From an uncultured Acutalibacter sp. (GTDB lineage: Bacteria; Bacillota; Clostridia; Oscillospirales; Acutalibacteraceae): a stretch of 64,000 bases of DNA. The notes under the pieces are model-generated. The model was given only the letters and a program-made list of their open reading frames with translations. It did not search any database and was not told the DNA's origin. The stretch is from NCBI GenBank assembly GCA_964602365.1, contig CAZRQD010000001.1, positions 7,944 to 71,943 on the forward strand. The letters are read 5' to 3'. Numbering within the stretch: the stretch's first letter is position 1; the number at the start of each line of letters is the position of its first letter. Made by a program: the position numbers and the translations under genes. Positions 63,661 to 64,000 of the stretch are shown here, piece by piece.

Positions 63661-64000
63661 GGGTAGAGGCAAGAGACCTCAGCTTTTCCTACGGGGAAAA
63701 GACGGTACTAAAAAACGTGAGCATAGAGCTTACCGGGGAGAGACCGGTTCTGCTCTACGGCTCCTCGGGCGGGGGAAAGACCACGCTCTTAATGCTGCTG
63801 GCTGGATTGTTAACTCCGCAGGGCGGGGAGATAAGGGGGATAGACCCCTCCACCCGCGTGGCGGTGATGTTTCAGGAGGACAGGCTCTTTGAGTCCCTCT
63901 CCGTTTACCGCAACCTAAGGCTGGTGAAAAGCAGCCTCTCAAAAGAGGAGGCCGGGGCACTTCTCAAAGAGGTCGGGCTTGGTGCGGAGATACTATCTAA
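63657..64000 (+). CDS. ABC transporter ATP-binding protein, truncated by the window end
   Basis: Manual translation MRVEARDLSFSYGEKTVLKNV...GSSGGGKTTLL...VMFQEDRLF. Confidence 0.9.
   Translation, partial: MRVEARDLSFSYGEKTVLKNVSIELTGERPVLLYGSSGGGKTTLLMLLAGLLTPQGGEIRGIDPSTRVAVMFQEDRLFESLSVYRNLRLVKSSLSKEEAGALLKEVGLGAEILS

Noticed and set aside
1-64000. The many short alternative-frame ORFs in the supplied track, including those starting MRSH at the palindrome
   Set aside because: They overlap well-supported genes in a GC-rich genome and lack RBSs and domains. The MRSH starts simply reflect ATG CGA TCG CAT within the iterated 12-mer.

Overview
A 64-kb, gene-dense chromosomal core region from a Clostridia-class firmicute (Oscillospirales/Ruminococcaceae-like by gene content and order; GC roughly 55% by eye). 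It holds housekeeping genes (mtaB, pckG, dnaE, upp, lgt, folD, dxs, tlyA, nadK, argR, recN, pyrE, mscL, trkA, trkH, folC, valS, tag, manA, secA, eda), three tRNAs, a feoA-feoA-feoB-Cys-rich iron uptake operon, two tandem SLH/transglutaminase surface proteins, an FHA-SEDS plus class B PBP pair, and a Crp/Fnr regulator heading an ABC importer. I see no integrase, transposase, prophage or CRISPR-Cas genes. The most unusual signals are at the DNA level. (1) The 12-bp palindrome ATGCGATCGCAT, which contains the cyanobacterial HIP1 octamer GCGATCGC, occurs 8 times exactly plus several 1-mismatch copies, all inside coding genes and in two reading frames. (2) A dispersed family of 74-78-bp hairpin-bearing tandem intergenic repeats sits at 5756, 7954 and 25764. 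(3) Five TTAG-N6-CTAA DtxR-type boxes lie across the feo/HMA locus. (4) Perfect or near-perfect operator-like palindromes occur at 6628, 38994 and 61229. All counts were made by eye, and family assignments come from recognising motifs, not from database searches.
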